Of a stretch of DNA of 64,000 nt, positions 39,110-52,225 are shown piece after piece (within the stretch, counting starts at the first letter, position 1; the number at the start of each line of letters is the position of its first letter). Made by a program: the position numbers and the translations under genes. The DNA is from Octopus sinensis (Eukaryota). The stretch is from NCBI RefSeq assembly GCF_006345805.1, contig NC_043016.1:8680001-8744000 (forward strand), read 5' to 3'. The notes beneath the pieces are model-generated. The model saw only the letters and a program-made list of their open reading frames with translations, was not told where the DNA came from and did no database searches.

Positions 39110-40150
39110 CGAACAAGCGATTAAGGGTATGAAGCCAGGAAAAGCCTCTAGCCCATCAGGAATCACCGCTGAGATGCTTAAAACATCAGGTGGTGTGGGC
39201 TATGGCCTAGTTACCCACATTGTATAGTTCATGATGGAGTCATACCCAAACTGACTGGCTTAGCAGCACCATAGTCAACTGCTACAAGGGTAAAAGTAAT
39301 GCTCCAGATAGAAATAACTACAGGGGTATCAAACTGCTGGATCAGGTAATGAAGGTCACAGCCCATCTCATCAGGGAGAGAGTCTGCTTAGATGAGATGC
39401 AGTTTGGTTTTGTCCTGGGTAGAAGCACCACTGATACCATATTCCTGGTTCGACAACTGCACTTAGCTTTTGTGGACTTGGAGAAAGCCTTTGACAGGGT
39501 CCCCCGATCCCTTATCTGGTGGGCGATGCAGAAACTGGAGATTGACAAATGGTTAATAAGGGCTGCACAGGCCCTATACAGAGAGGCCATCAGTAAGGTT
39601 AGGATTGGCAATGAGTATAGTGAAGAATTCCGGGTAGAAGTAGGAGTCCACCAAGGTTCAGCCCTCAGTCCCCTTTATTCATCATAGTCCTCCAGGTAAT
39701 AACAGAGAAATTCAATATGAGTTGCCCCTGGGAGCTCCTCTATGCTGATGACCTGGCCCTCATAGAAGAATCACTACTGGAACTAGAAAAGAAATTCTGG
39801 GTGTAGAAGCAAGGTTTAGAATCAAAAGACCTTAGAGTCAATGTAGCAAAGACCAAAGTTCTAGTAAGTAGGAAGGCGAACTCATCACACACCCCCTCTG
39901 GTAGGTGGCCCTGCTCGATCTGTAGAAAAGGTGTAGGTAGAAACTCCATATGATGTACCCAGTGTAAGCTATGGACACATAAGAGGTGCAGCAACATCAA
40001 AGGAAGATTAACCAAGAAGATAGCTTTCATGTATGGCAGATGCACAGGGGCAATAAACACCACAGTGGTTGGCGTTTAGGAAGGGCATCCAGCTGTAGAA
40101 ACACTGCCAGATCAGACTGGAGCCTGGTGCAGCCTCCTGGCTTCCCAGAT
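39110..40150 (+). mobile_element. Degenerate RTE-type LINE reverse transcriptase + Cys-rich finger, joined to a family C 3' UTR piece
   Basis: NYRGIKLL, QFGFVLGRSTTD, FVDLEKAFDRVP, GVHQGSALSP, LYADDLA, then CSICRKGVGRNSI*CTQCKLWTHKRCS; stops and frameshifts. Confidence 0.95.
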
Positions 40151-40900
40151 CCCAGGACTATGACTAGAAATTAGTTTCTTTGAACTAGGATTTACTGGTT
40201 ATATATTCACAATACTTTAATAGTTCTAATAATAATTCACTGCCTTAGACTGGTACTTTATTTGTCGGCATGGAGTGCTCCGTCACTTACACATTCATTT
40301 CACGAGCAGGCTGTTCCGCTGATCAGATCAACTGGAACACTTGTCCTCGGAACCAACAGAGTGCCAGTATTCATCAGCTCTGGAAGGACTGGAAGGCAAA
40401 GTCAGGCTCAACGAGATTTGAACTTAGACTGACAGAAACAAACATCTCACCGAATGCTCTAGCAATTCTGCTAATCTGTTCGCTGGTTGAGCAATGCAAA
40501 TGGACAAAAAACAAAAACAGCATAACCGGAAGTAAATTAAGATTATGGCTGAGAACCAAAAAGGTATTTGGTTGCTTCGAGAAATAGGATTTGCAGTTAT
40601 GGATATGTGATGTGATGAGGCACTAAGATATTTTATTTTTTCCAACAAGTGGCAATAATACACTAACTAGGATAAACAGAGAGAAGAAAAAGATTTTATC
40701 TGAAATATTGATTTCCTATAAGTCTGATTAGAGTTGATATTGGTTGTCCAACAAATAGAAATAATAGTTAATCACCATAGCTAAAATAGTTAAGTGGATA
40801 AAAGCATGGGGAGTGGGAAGGGTCTACCTTCAAATGTATCATGAGCTTGTATACAAGGTAAAACACTTTCTTTTTGTATCTATCATACATGCATACACAC

Positions 40901-40946
40901 CTTTCCATACGGTCACTGTTGGGAATAGGTGATGGAATCGTCCAGC
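40901..40946 (-). CDS. Candidate 46-nt internal exon (AGRFHHLFPTVTVWK or GWTIPSPIPNSDRMER)
   Basis: Acceptor tttctctttctggattacag|, donor AAG|GTGTGT, two open frames; neighbours not established. Confidence 0.3.
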
Positions 40947-40984
40947 CTGTAATCCAGAAAGAGAAATTTCTCATTTCCATAACA

Positions 40985-41836
40985 CCATTCTCGTTTCCAA
41001 TAACACCATAAAGACAAATTCAAGCCATACAACTGTTCACTACCATCTTTAACAATTTGGAAAGGTCTCAAAATTCGGAAAATGGGTGCTTCGTGATTTA
41101 TCTGAAGCTAACTGCAAATCCCAAGTGGACATCTGCTCTTCTCTTCATTCTCATGGACTCAACTTGCCCTTTTTGGACACCAGTGATGAAAAATGAGTCC
41201 TTTATCAAAATGTTAAAGTATTGTAGACATTGGCTTGGTGAAGGGAAAACAGCCCAATGACAACCAGAAAGGGAACTCCATGTAAAGAAGGTTCTTCTCT
41301 CTGTTTGGTGGGATTGCAAAGGAGTCATCAACTTTCAGTCACTACAAACTAATGCAACAATCAATGCTCAAATTTACTGTCAGCAATTAGAGCATTTGAA
41401 TACTGTTTTGAAGAAAAAAACGCCTACTCTAGTGAATCAAAAGGAGTGGTGTTTCATCAGGACACTGCAAGATCTCACACTGCACAGATTGTGTCACAGA
41501 AGATAAAGAAATTTGCCTGGAAGAAAATTGCTCATTCACCTTATTCTCCAGACCTTGCTCCTTCAGATTTCCATTTGTTCCATAGTTCACAGAACTTTTT
41601 GGCAGGATTAACTTTCAAAACAACTAAAGAAGTCGAAACTGACCTGTCAGAGTTCTTCTCCTTGAACCTGAAAGAGTTTTCCACTAATGAGATTAAAAAT
41701 CTTACATGTAGATGGAAAGATGTCGTCATAGATAATGATGGAAACTATATTGCAAATTAATTTTCCTTAAAATGTAACATTTGATCACTTGTTTCCTTAT
41801 TTAAAATTTAAATATTACTTATGGGATGACCTGATA
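40985..41836 (+). mobile_element. Mariner (DD34D) transposase relic with right terminal repeat
   Basis: KVLLSVWWDCKGV, FHQDTARSH, HSPYSPDLAPSDFHLF motifs with stops upstream; end acttatgggatgacctgaTA at 41817-41836; no matching left end seen. Confidence 0.9.
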
Positions 41837-43610
41837 CTTGCACTTTTAAAAACATTCTGATTTAAACACAAAACCCATTTTAACCAAATTACCCATCCAA
41901 CAAAGGAGGCACTATGCAATTGCATGACTTTATAGAGAAAAAAAAAGGAAAAATAAAACATATTGAACAATTTTGTTCTAGATATACAAAGTAATGTTTA
42001 CAATAAGAAAACCTTGCTAAACAACAAAAATTCTAATTGTAAAACTAAAAATTGAACTGCCTTGCACTCGCTTTGATATTTAGGTTAGAATTAAAAGCAT
42101 AATTTCTTTAATGATAATTTTTCATTAAGTGGATTTTAAATTATTTTTCTTCGTTAAATATAGAAAGACTCATTGAATTTTTCCATTAAGAGAAAACAAA
42201 AAATGCTACAAGAATCATTAACAAAAACTGAATAGCTTTCTCCTTTTTATTTAATATCAGAAATGTATTCAGTCTCATCTCCTCCTACCTTTCCTCCTTA
42301 CAAATAAATAATAATCAATATTTTAATTATCATTTGTTACGTATGTGTTTATAACTTTTAACATTTATTTTTGCTGTTTACATTCCCAGCAGCAACGGGC
42401 CCTGCGACTGATTTTTCTACAAAACACTTGTTTTCTGAATCGCTTCCCCTTCCCAAAACCAAACATCCAACAATGAAATATATCGCCTGCCTTCAGATTT
42501 GATGACAAGATATTTGCCTCAATACACTGCTAAAAGCAAAATTAAAGCTAATGGCAGTTTCATTCAGCAGCTAATGATATTCTCCATTAGGTTGTTACAG
42601 AGTTTGTGAGAAGATCAAGGCCAATAATATCCCCAGGGTCTTTACTGTCACATTTCCTTTATTGGAAACATGTTTTTTTTTTTCCTTTTCCACCATCTAT
42701 CCTGATGTGCTGCTCATCAGACTAAAACTTGTTCTCTTTCATTGGTTACATACATATTGAGGCTGATTGTGATTGCCATATCATTCTCAAACTGTGGCAG
42801 TGCTCACTGCTGGTGACAAGATATGAACTCACAACCTACAGATCTAACAGTTAATTCTTTCATGAACCCCCAGCTGAACATTGAGCATTTCTAGTTTCTG
42901 TACTACTAAACTTCATAACTCCTTTGTTATAAATGGCCATACATGCATAACACTTCCTTGCTGGCTCACTATGCAACTACAAATGCTCTAAACCACATGA
43001 ATGAAAACTTGGTAGGAAAACATTAGTAAACAACACATTGATACTGTATAGACTTCTGTACAAAAATATGAGTAACAAGAATAATACTCACAGCAGATCA
43101 CAATGCTAAAATAAACACAGATTACTTACACTAGATACATACAAATACTGGTTTCAAATTTTGGCACAAGGCCAGCAATTTTGGGGTAGAGGGTAAGTTA
43201 ACTGCATTGATCCTAAAAGGATGAAAGCCAAAGGTGAATGAAATGCCACTCAGCATTTTCCTCCGTGTGCTAACAATTCTGCCAGCTCACAACCTTGACC
43301 CACGCCTAACTGATGATGTATAAATCAAAGAGTTAAAATTCAAATTCTGGTGATAATGTCTACACATCAACACATACCAATATCACTCCATCTTAAAGAC
43401 AAGACCATGAAGATATAGAAATAGTGATGGTGGATCTGGGAACTTTACTATTCCAAAAATTCTGTAAGGAAAACATGGAAAACCAAAATGCAGTAGTTTA
43501 TTCAGTACAACACACACACAAACACACACACATAAATCACCCCCTGCATGGCAACTTCACTTCCGAACCATATGGCTGTGGGTTCATTTTTATTGTGGTT
43601 CCAACTATAT

Positions 43611-43838
43611 ATTTCTTTACTACCCACAAGGGGCTAAAGACAGAGGGGACAAACAAGGACAGACAAACGGATTATGTCGATTACGTCGACCCCAGTGCGT
43701 AACTGGTACTTAATTTATCGACCCTGAAAGGATGAAAGGCAAAGTCGACCTCGACCGAATTTGAACTCAGAACGTAACAGCAGACGAAATACGGCTACGC
43801 ATTTCGCCCAGCGTGCTGACATTTCTGCCAGCTCGCTC
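43611..43838 (-). mobile_element. SINE family A
   Basis: Reverse copy; flanks share tccaactata. Confidence 0.9.
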
Positions 43839-44058
43839 GCCTGTGTCTCCAACTATAAATTTGAACCTATCAACAGATTTGATAGATGTAAACTGAAAGA
43901 AGCCCATCATGGCATGTGTGCATGTGTGAAAGCGAGAGACTAAACAACTATTAGTATAACTATGACCTGCAATAAATAAGGAAAGAATCCACAGGTATTC
44001 TGTCGTTTCTAGGGTGAGTCGTTATGCCAACACTGATAACAGACACTATTTCAATACC

Positions 44059-44267
44059 TATTTCTTTACTACCCACAAGGGGCTAAACACAGAGAGGGCA
44101 AACAAGGACAGACAAACAGATTAAGTCGATTATATTGACCCCAGTGCGCAACTGGTACTTATTTAATCGACCCCAAAAGGATGAAAAGCAAAGTCGACCT
44201 CGGCAGAATTTGAACTCAGAACTGCTAAGTATTTCGGCCGACGTGCTAACGTTTCCGCCAGCTCGCC
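44059..44267 (-). mobile_element. SINE family A, internally deleted
   Basis: Reverse copy; flanks share cactatttcaatacc. Confidence 0.9.
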
Positions 44268-46050
44268 ACCACTATTTCAATACCACTGACTTTATTATTA
44301 TTCAACTAACTAATCAAATGTTTGTTTAACTTTGTTAAATAGTAAGTTGTTAGTTTTGTTTTTTATTTGTTTTGCATTGTTTTGTTTTGCTTTTTGCTGT
44401 TTGCACCCTTTTCAGTGACTTTTCTCTTAGTCCATTACAGAGAGGCTGTGTTTGTCTGTCTGAGACTTTGTTGTGCACATGTGTGTATGTGTGCCAGTGT
44501 GTGTATGTGTGTCAGTGCTTGTGTATGTATGTATCTACAGATAAAGAAAAACAAATTTCAGTTATAACTACCAATAGCTTCAAATAAAGGATCCACTCTG
44601 TAGGCATCAAAAACATCTGAGAAATAGCAGTCAAATTACCTTAAACCACATTCTATCTTCTTCAAAATTGAAAAACACATTAGACAATGTGGTCCTAGAT
44701 ACAAAAAAAAGAGCAGGCTGGTCATAGCTGGCATGCTTTTGATCATGAGTCTCCTACTCAGACTCGGGGCTAAACAACATTCAGTTTAAGGAAAAACAAA
44801 AATAATTAATTGGAGAATAAAGAAATTATTAAATAAATAAATAAATAAGTACAATGAATGTGAAAAAAGATCATCAGCAAAAATTTCAAGAACAATAAAA
44901 CTAATAGATTCATTTAGATTCTTTTAAGAATGTTTGCTGCATTGATTAAAATGTGTTAAGTGAACAACGGTATTGATTTTGGTAGCAAAGAGCAAATTAA
45001 GAAAAATAGCAAGAGATTATGCAACCCTCAAAGACAGAGAGAAGGGAGAGAGAGACTAAGAGGAGACAATGACAAGATCTTTGTTACATTTCGATCTTTT
45101 ATCTTTGACTTTTTTCAGTAATTAGGCAGAGGCTATGCTGGGGCATCATCGTGAAGAATTTTTAATTAAATGAATTGATCCCACTATTTATTTTTTTTTT
45201 TTTTCAACCTGGAAATTATTTCACTGGTTTTTTTTTTGCTGAACTGCATTATCCCATTGCTTTGATATTTCAATGATGTAACTGTTTGCTTTTAAAATGA
45301 CATTGTAGGGTAGGTGTGAGAGGCCAGTTCTGGATGTTTGGGCCAGATATGGCCAGCATTTTGTGTGAAGTTTGCATGCAGATAGTAAGACAGGTCAGCA
45401 GAGATGGGCTGTAAGAAATAAGAATTCCATATGACAGAGAGGAATAGAATGATTTGTTTACATGTCAATAAAAGATGATAAAGGGTGTCCAGATGGAACC
45501 AATGTCTATGGATGCTGCTGCATCAGAGACAAAATTGGTAGATTAAGCACAAGCCTGATGAAATTACAAACCTCTATGATGAGTTGTTAATGGCATTATC
45601 ATTTTTTGGACTATCAACCTAATTTTTAAAGATGAAATATTTTTTTATTGTTTAGTTCCTCATTTTTAAAGATATTTTTTTTCTCAGTGGGAAGATCCAG
45701 GAGTTGTCATTATCCAAAACATCAACACATTTTATATCATGACCTAATCAAAACATTTGCTTGCCGCATACAATTCCTAATAATTAAATAAATTTGTTTT
45801 GTTTACTTGTTGTCTAGTTCCAGGTCAGCCCTGATCATCAATGACATGCCGGCTGTGGCCTTCCCATCTTTTTCCTATGTGCACAGAACCCAGAAACACA
45901 TTATCCAGAATGTACTTGTTCTTAACATGGCACAGTGTGATGAGAGAATTTTGATTGCTGTTTCTAGCAGGGCAAGTGTCTTACTTGTAAAAATCTACAA
46001 CCTTTTAGTTACAAGTTTACTTGTCCAAAGTCTTCATTAGGAGACAAACC

Positions 46051-46108
<58 letters not shown>

Positions 46109-46558
46109 GCTACCCACAAAATGGATAGCATAATTTTATCTCTCAGTGGGAAAATCTGGTAACATTGAAATCTCTTATTGCCCATAAGTAACTTCTCTAT
46201 GTTGTCGATCTACAAACAAAACCTAAGAAATGAGTCATCAGTCCAACTGAATGTGTTGACCTCATTTACTTTCCATTAAATTTACAGAGGGTTGAGGTAC
46301 AGGCTGCTTAGAGATGAACAATCAGATCAAAAGATGTGGCTAGTGAAATCATTAGTCATCTACGTTGTTCTGTACAGATGAGAGATTTGGTGATTAAATG
46401 TTGAGCAACGGTGGAAAATGAACAGATTCAAAATATTGTGGTGATGACATCAACTGTGGCATATCCTATAAACAGACCACAAAACCAATTGGGCAATCCT
46501 TCTAGTCTGCTAAATAATATACACATGTTGAAATCAAGATGCAATTGGTCTTATTTAC

Positions 46559-46786
46559 CTATTTCTTTACTACCCACAAGGGGCTAAACACAGAGAAGAC
46601 AAACAAGGACAAAAAGATTAAATCGATTATATCAACCCCAGTGCATAACTGGTACTTATTTAATTGACCCCGAAAGGATGAAAGGCAAAGTCGACCTCGA
46701 CGGAATTTGAACTAAGAACGTAACAGCAGACGAGATACCACTAAGCATTTCGCCCGGCGTGCTAACGTTTCTGCCAGCTAGCCGCC
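46559..46786 (-). mobile_element. SINE family A
   Basis: Reverse copy; flanks share aattggtcttatt. Confidence 0.9.
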
Positions 46787-46949
46787 TAATTGGTCTTATT
46801 CACCACCAACCATCATATTTATACTATCTGCATAAGCATTACTATAGGAGATCTCCTCAGCAGTTGAGAGATGATGTAAACCAGTAGATGGATAACCAAC
46901 CTATACAACACCTGCTGAAAACTGCTTCAAAACCAATAGTAAGCTCTTC

Positions 46950-47205
46950 TCAAAAAAGTCACCAACGGTTGTAAGTCAACCAAGATGACACAAGGATTAA
47001 TGTAATGCATATGGAAGTTGACAGATGGATGAAGAAGTGACCAGCCATCAAAACAGAAGGAACCTGCAATAGAGAGCAACCAAAGAAACCTTGGAAAGAA
47101 GTGTTGAAATTTCATCTCAGCAGACTGGACATCCTGAAGAGGATGACAAATGACCACAACACCAAAAGATGTTCTTCTGAAGAAAACTTGTCCAACCCAT
47201 GGTTT
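46950..47205 (+). mobile_element. Old RTE-type LINE 3' end
   Basis: VMHMEVDRWMKK*PAIKTEG...QPKKPWKEVLK, same motif class as 33488-33690. Confidence 0.6.
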
Positions 47206-48159
47206 CAAATTCTGGCACCAGGCCAGTCATTACAGGTGCGGTAGTAAGTCGATTACATCAACCCCCAGTGTTCAACTGGTATTTATTTCATTGACTTTGA
47301 ATGGATGAAAGGCAAAGTCAATCTCACAGCAAAATCTGAATTCACAATGCAAAGACAGACGAAATGCCACTAAGCATTTTTGCCCCGTGTGCTAACAATT
47401 CTGCCAGCTCAATGCCAAATGATGATGATAATATAAAATCAGAATGATAAGAATGTTATGGAAATTAATCAGATTATAGCCATTGAAATCTTATGGTGTG
47501 TCTATGTGTCAGCATGTGTGTGTGTGTGTGCATGTACTTATGTCACCTCAACTCGACATTGCATGATAGCTGTAAATGATTGTCACTGTCATACAAGCAG
47601 TGTCGTTTGTTTTGAATACTCTGCAAGAACATGCCTAGCCATGACAGAAATATTACCTTGCTTGGAAACAGATGAGGGATGATGACAAGAATGGGAATCT
47701 GGCCAATGAAAAAATCTGCCTCAATAAACTACTCCAACCCATGCAAGCAAGGAAAAATAGAACTTAAATGATGATGATGATGATGATGATGTTGAAACAT
47801 AACACCATCATTCTACAAAAAAAAGATACAAATTGTTTCTTTTCATTGTAAACCAAATTCTGTATTCTAGGATATATCCATAGTTCGAGGAGTCTAACCA
47901 TAAAGAGAATCTACTCTCATCACCACCATCACCTAATCTATTTTCCATAACAATATCCAAAGATTTCTTATTCTTCTGTTCTTTGAATACCAATGATTTC
48001 TAATGTTCTTCAAAACTCATTCAACCGTGAAAAAGTCAATGCTTCCATTGAATTTAACATCTATAGTTTTTTTTTTTTTAATTTTAATTTTTTTCCCCTT
48101 TCTCCATCTATGTGTTGGTTTACATGCATGAGAGGAAAAAAGTACATTCTTACAGTACA

Positions 48160-48525
48160 GTTCACACACACACACGCACACACATGCATACATACATAAG
48201 TATATGCATAAACACACATACACATACACACTCACACACACATATACATATGTGTGTGCATACACATATACATACATAAATATATGCATACACACACACA
48301 TACATATATATGCATATACATACACATATGTGCATACATGTAAATACATACATGTGCATACATATAAATATATGTATGTGCGTATATACATATATATATA
48401 CACACACCCACACACACACTCATACACACACAAGTATACACATATGTACACATACATACATTTACACATATAAATATAGGTGTAAATTGTGTACACAGAC
48501 ACACACACACATACACATATGCATT
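48160..48525. repeat. Compound (CA)/(TA)/(CATA) microsatellite
   Basis: Direct reading; similar arrays at 15503-15655, 32280-32400, 51800-52000, 52218-52450. Confidence 0.95.
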
Positions 48526-48790
48526 TACTCATGCTTTTTGCTTAGAATTGTCCATCAAATCCACTGACAGCCATCTTGTCTTCTTCAATGACTGTCCATT
48601 CCCATCCTTGAGTTGCAAGTTCGGTTGCAGTCAGGACAGGTAAATATTTAATTTAGAGACTATGTGTAAACTCTACACATGTGTGTCTTTTCTTGCTTCA
48701 CCTTTTGGAGCTGATTGCATTTTCCTCTGTACCTTTACTCTCTCTCTCTCTCTCTCTCCAACTACAGGAACAGGTACTGATGCTTTAAAC

Positions 48791-49523
48791 CAGGGGTTCT
48801 CAACCATTTTTTATCTATGGACCCCTTAGATTACTATTTTATTCTGGTGGACTCCCAGAGCCATTCAATATTTAAAAATCTAGTTTTATAGAAACTGCTT
48901 TCAAAATTCTTATTTTGTTTTTCAGACATTAAGTGTGTATTACATTAAGTGTGTATTACACAAGTGAAATCGAAATCGATCAAAAACCAATGGAAATTGT
49001 AGTTGTGATGCCAGTGCTGGTGGCACGTAAAAGAACCATCCAAATGTAGCTGTTGCCAGCGCCGCCTCGACTGGCCTCCATGCCGGTGGCACGTAAAAAG
49101 CACCAACCGATCGTGGCCATTGCCAGCCTCGCCTGGCGCCTGTGCCGGTAGCACGAAAAAAGCACCCACTAGTCACGGAGTGGTTGGCATTAGGAAGGGC
49201 ATCCAGCTGTAGAAACACTGTCAGATCAGACAGGGCCTGGTGCAGCCTCCTGGCTTCCCAGACCCCAGTCGAACTGTCCAACCCATGCTAGTATGGAAAG
49301 CGGACGTTAAACGATGATGATGATAAACTGTATAGGTTGGAAAGTGTAAAACATTAGAGACGGAAACCTAGCAGTTTCTTGCAGTACATACTGATACATA
49401 CATCTAAAGCAAATTTTTTCAGGGTATTATTGTAGATCCCTAATTTACTGTTTTGTTGCGAAGACTCCCAAAATTCTTAAATGGAGCGTCAGAGACCATA
49501 TGGACTCCAGGTAAGAGCCACTG
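48791..49523. mobile_element. hAT/Charlie-like MITE with a nested family C insertion
   Basis: caggggttctcaacc...ggtaagagccactg ends, flanked by ctttaaa[c/g] (7/8-bp TSD). Confidence 0.6.
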
Positions 49524-49559
49524 CTTTAAAGGATTGATGTTGCTTCTCTACAATGTGCA

Positions 49560-51720
49560 GATTCTTGAACTACTTCTTTGACCCTCCAGAGAATTGGGAT
49601 GGATAAGCACACTTTATGTCTAACCTACCTCAGTTGATGTCTGTAAAATAGAGATTCAATGGCAGGTAATGTGAAAGATCTTCTGAAGTTACTGTATATT
49701 AAAGACATCCATGTCAGTTGTATGTGGTTCATATTTTGCACCAATACAAGAAAGTTGAAATACAACTACTAAATAGATAAAAACTTTGGTATGGAGACTG
49801 AAATGGTTGTTTAGAAATATGCTTTCTTAGTCTTTCCAAGGCTACAGAATCAAATCCAAGGTAGTTAAGAATCTCATCATCCAATATCCAGCCACTGGAA
49901 ATTATACTGACGATGTATATGAACTTGGAGTGTGTATCTATTTGTTGCAGTTACACAGAGACTGTAGTGGGATTAGAAGGAAGTGAAGTATGTTAGAGAC
50001 AGATGATCTGTTTCCTGGACACTATCAAACTGCCAAGTTAATAACTCAAGAGCTTCCATTGCACAGTCAACAACATACAATAGGTTAGTGACCTGTTCTG
50101 AGGATTGTGGTAACCTGCAAATTCCTCTTGTTGAAAAGATTCTCATTGAGTAAAAAGTTAATAGTAATTTCTGCTCTCCTTTGCAGCCTTCTGGGTACCA
50201 TTGTGATTACACAGGTGAAGACATTAAACAATACAGGAGTTAGCATGCAACCTGCAGAAAATAGGGCATTCAACTGTAAAAAAATCATGGCAAAACTAAT
50301 CACACCTGTGCTGATGTAGCATAAAAATCACTCAGTCCATTCTGTGGGAGGGTTAGTGTTAGGAAGAGCATCCACCCATAAAAACCATGCCAAAACAGAC
50401 AGCAAAGCATGGTGCAGTCTTCTGCCTAGCCAGATCCTGTCAAACCATCCAACCATGCTAGTACGGAAAGGGAGCATTAAATGACAATTATGATAATGAT
50501 GATAAGAGCTAAGACTTCTAATTTCCAGTAACAACTCAAACTATCACCCATGTAGAAATACTGAAGGAAATTCAGGAATATAGCCAGGCCAATAAACATC
50601 CCACGGGATGTCACCAATTTACAAAGTACTCCTGTGAGAGGTTTTAAGATTCACAAATGCAATGAACAGGTTCAAATGTTACTTCCTGCTTTTCTTCCCA
50701 AACTATCTTATAACAACGGTTGTTGACTTTGCTTTGCTCCTTGCAGAAACCTCACAGTGATTCTGGTATGACATTTTCTGTTATTAATTGAACCAGTCTT
50801 TTGAATATGACCTTGGCCAGAATCTTCCAAGCAATGGACAATAATACAATATCCCTACTGATAGGTCGAACATAATTGTTTCTTTTATCTTTGTAGATAA
50901 CAATGTTAGCATTCTTCCAATGCTCAAGTAAACACACCTGGTTCTATACCCCTGCTATGCAGTACTAGAGCACTCTTGTGCAGGGCTAAGCATTTATATT
51001 CCTCATCTCTGATGAAACGCTATCAAATTCAGGTTTTCCTCTTTCTTAAGATTTTTATGGTATCACTAATCTCAAAAAAGGTTAGTGACTTATCAGATGA
51101 TGGGTGATAGGAATTTTAAGCAATTCTTCCTTAACCCTTTCGTTACCATATTTATTTTGAGATGCTCTGTGTTTCTCTCAATTAATTTTAAATATAACAA
51201 ATAATTTAGTACAATAACTTAGTTATCATTAAGCTAGTTTTAGGAGCCTAAATTGTGACTAAGGTTTAGTGGAAGATTTTAATTCAGAATTTTTGAAAAC
51301 AAGACATTTGTACTCAGAGCCTGAGCCGGTTTCAGCCGGGTTGGTAATGAAAGGGTTAAAGCTGACATTTCTATTGGTTTAGGAGCTGGTTGGAGTGTTC
51401 TCGCCAATGCTCAACTATCATGGCCAGGATTATTACCTTTGATTTCTGTCTGATGACTTCTGCCATGAAACAATGCCTATAGCTGAAGAGAATCATTATT
51501 GCTTTACAGAAACTGTACGTGTCATGCCTGTCTGAATGCATTTCAGTTTATCGAGATTTGAAATCCGACATTCACTATTCAGAATACAAAGGAAGAATTG
51601 AGTTTCACTTTGAAGAATTTACAACTGCCCCCATTAGACTGTGCAATGAGGAATTTTCCAATGATAGGCTTTATGCCTAACATTTCACCAACTGTGTTGG
51701 AATATTTGGCAAGCCAGACT
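49560..51720 (-). mobile_element. Highly degenerate RTE/BovB-type LINE ORF2 relic, interrupted by later insertions
   Basis: WKNANIVIYKDK...RDIVLLSIAWKILAKVIFKRL...VIPESL*GF and AGCMLTPVLFNVF...LFNKRNLQ resemble RTE RT domains 1-4. Confidence 0.75.
51131..51360 (+). mobile_element. piggyBac-like TTAA MITE, single copy
   Basis: TTAA-ccctttcgttacc...ggtaatgaaaggg-TTAA. Confidence 0.85.
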
Positions 51721-51830
51721 CGATATTTTCACGTCTTGAATTTGATGGTTTCTTGAGCAGTATTGTGTAAAGTGAACTTAAGGAGAACCATGCTACATGT
51801 GTGTGTGTATGTATGCATATATGTATGTGT

Positions 51831-51865
<35 letters not shown>

Positions 51866-52002
51866 TATATAAACATACATATTTATATGCATACATACAT
51901 ATGGATATATGCAGGTATGTATATATGTATGTATGCATATAAATATGTATGTGTATATATATATATATATATATAATATATATATATATATAATATATAT
52001 AT

Positions 52003-52225
52003 AATCGCCATGTTGATTCGTTAGCTACTGCACGCATTTTTTTTTCTCTCCTTCTTTCTGTGTTTTTCTCTCTCTGTGTATCTTTCTGTTGAAGAGCGTA
52101 GGCTCGAAACGTTAAAGACTTGTTTTATTTATATTTCCTGAGCGTCATACTAATACAATTGTTCGTTTGTTTTCCACCTGCCTTCGTCTTTTGTTTATTT
52201 TCATAAAGCTTCCCGTTATATATAT
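52003..52225 (+). mobile_element. Penelope-like short element with a hammerhead-like fold (second copy 35560-35735)
   Basis: tcttt-CTGTTGA-a-GAGCgtagGCTC-GAAAC-GTT-aaaga at 52081-52118; both copies lie between (TA)n arrays. Confidence 0.55.
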
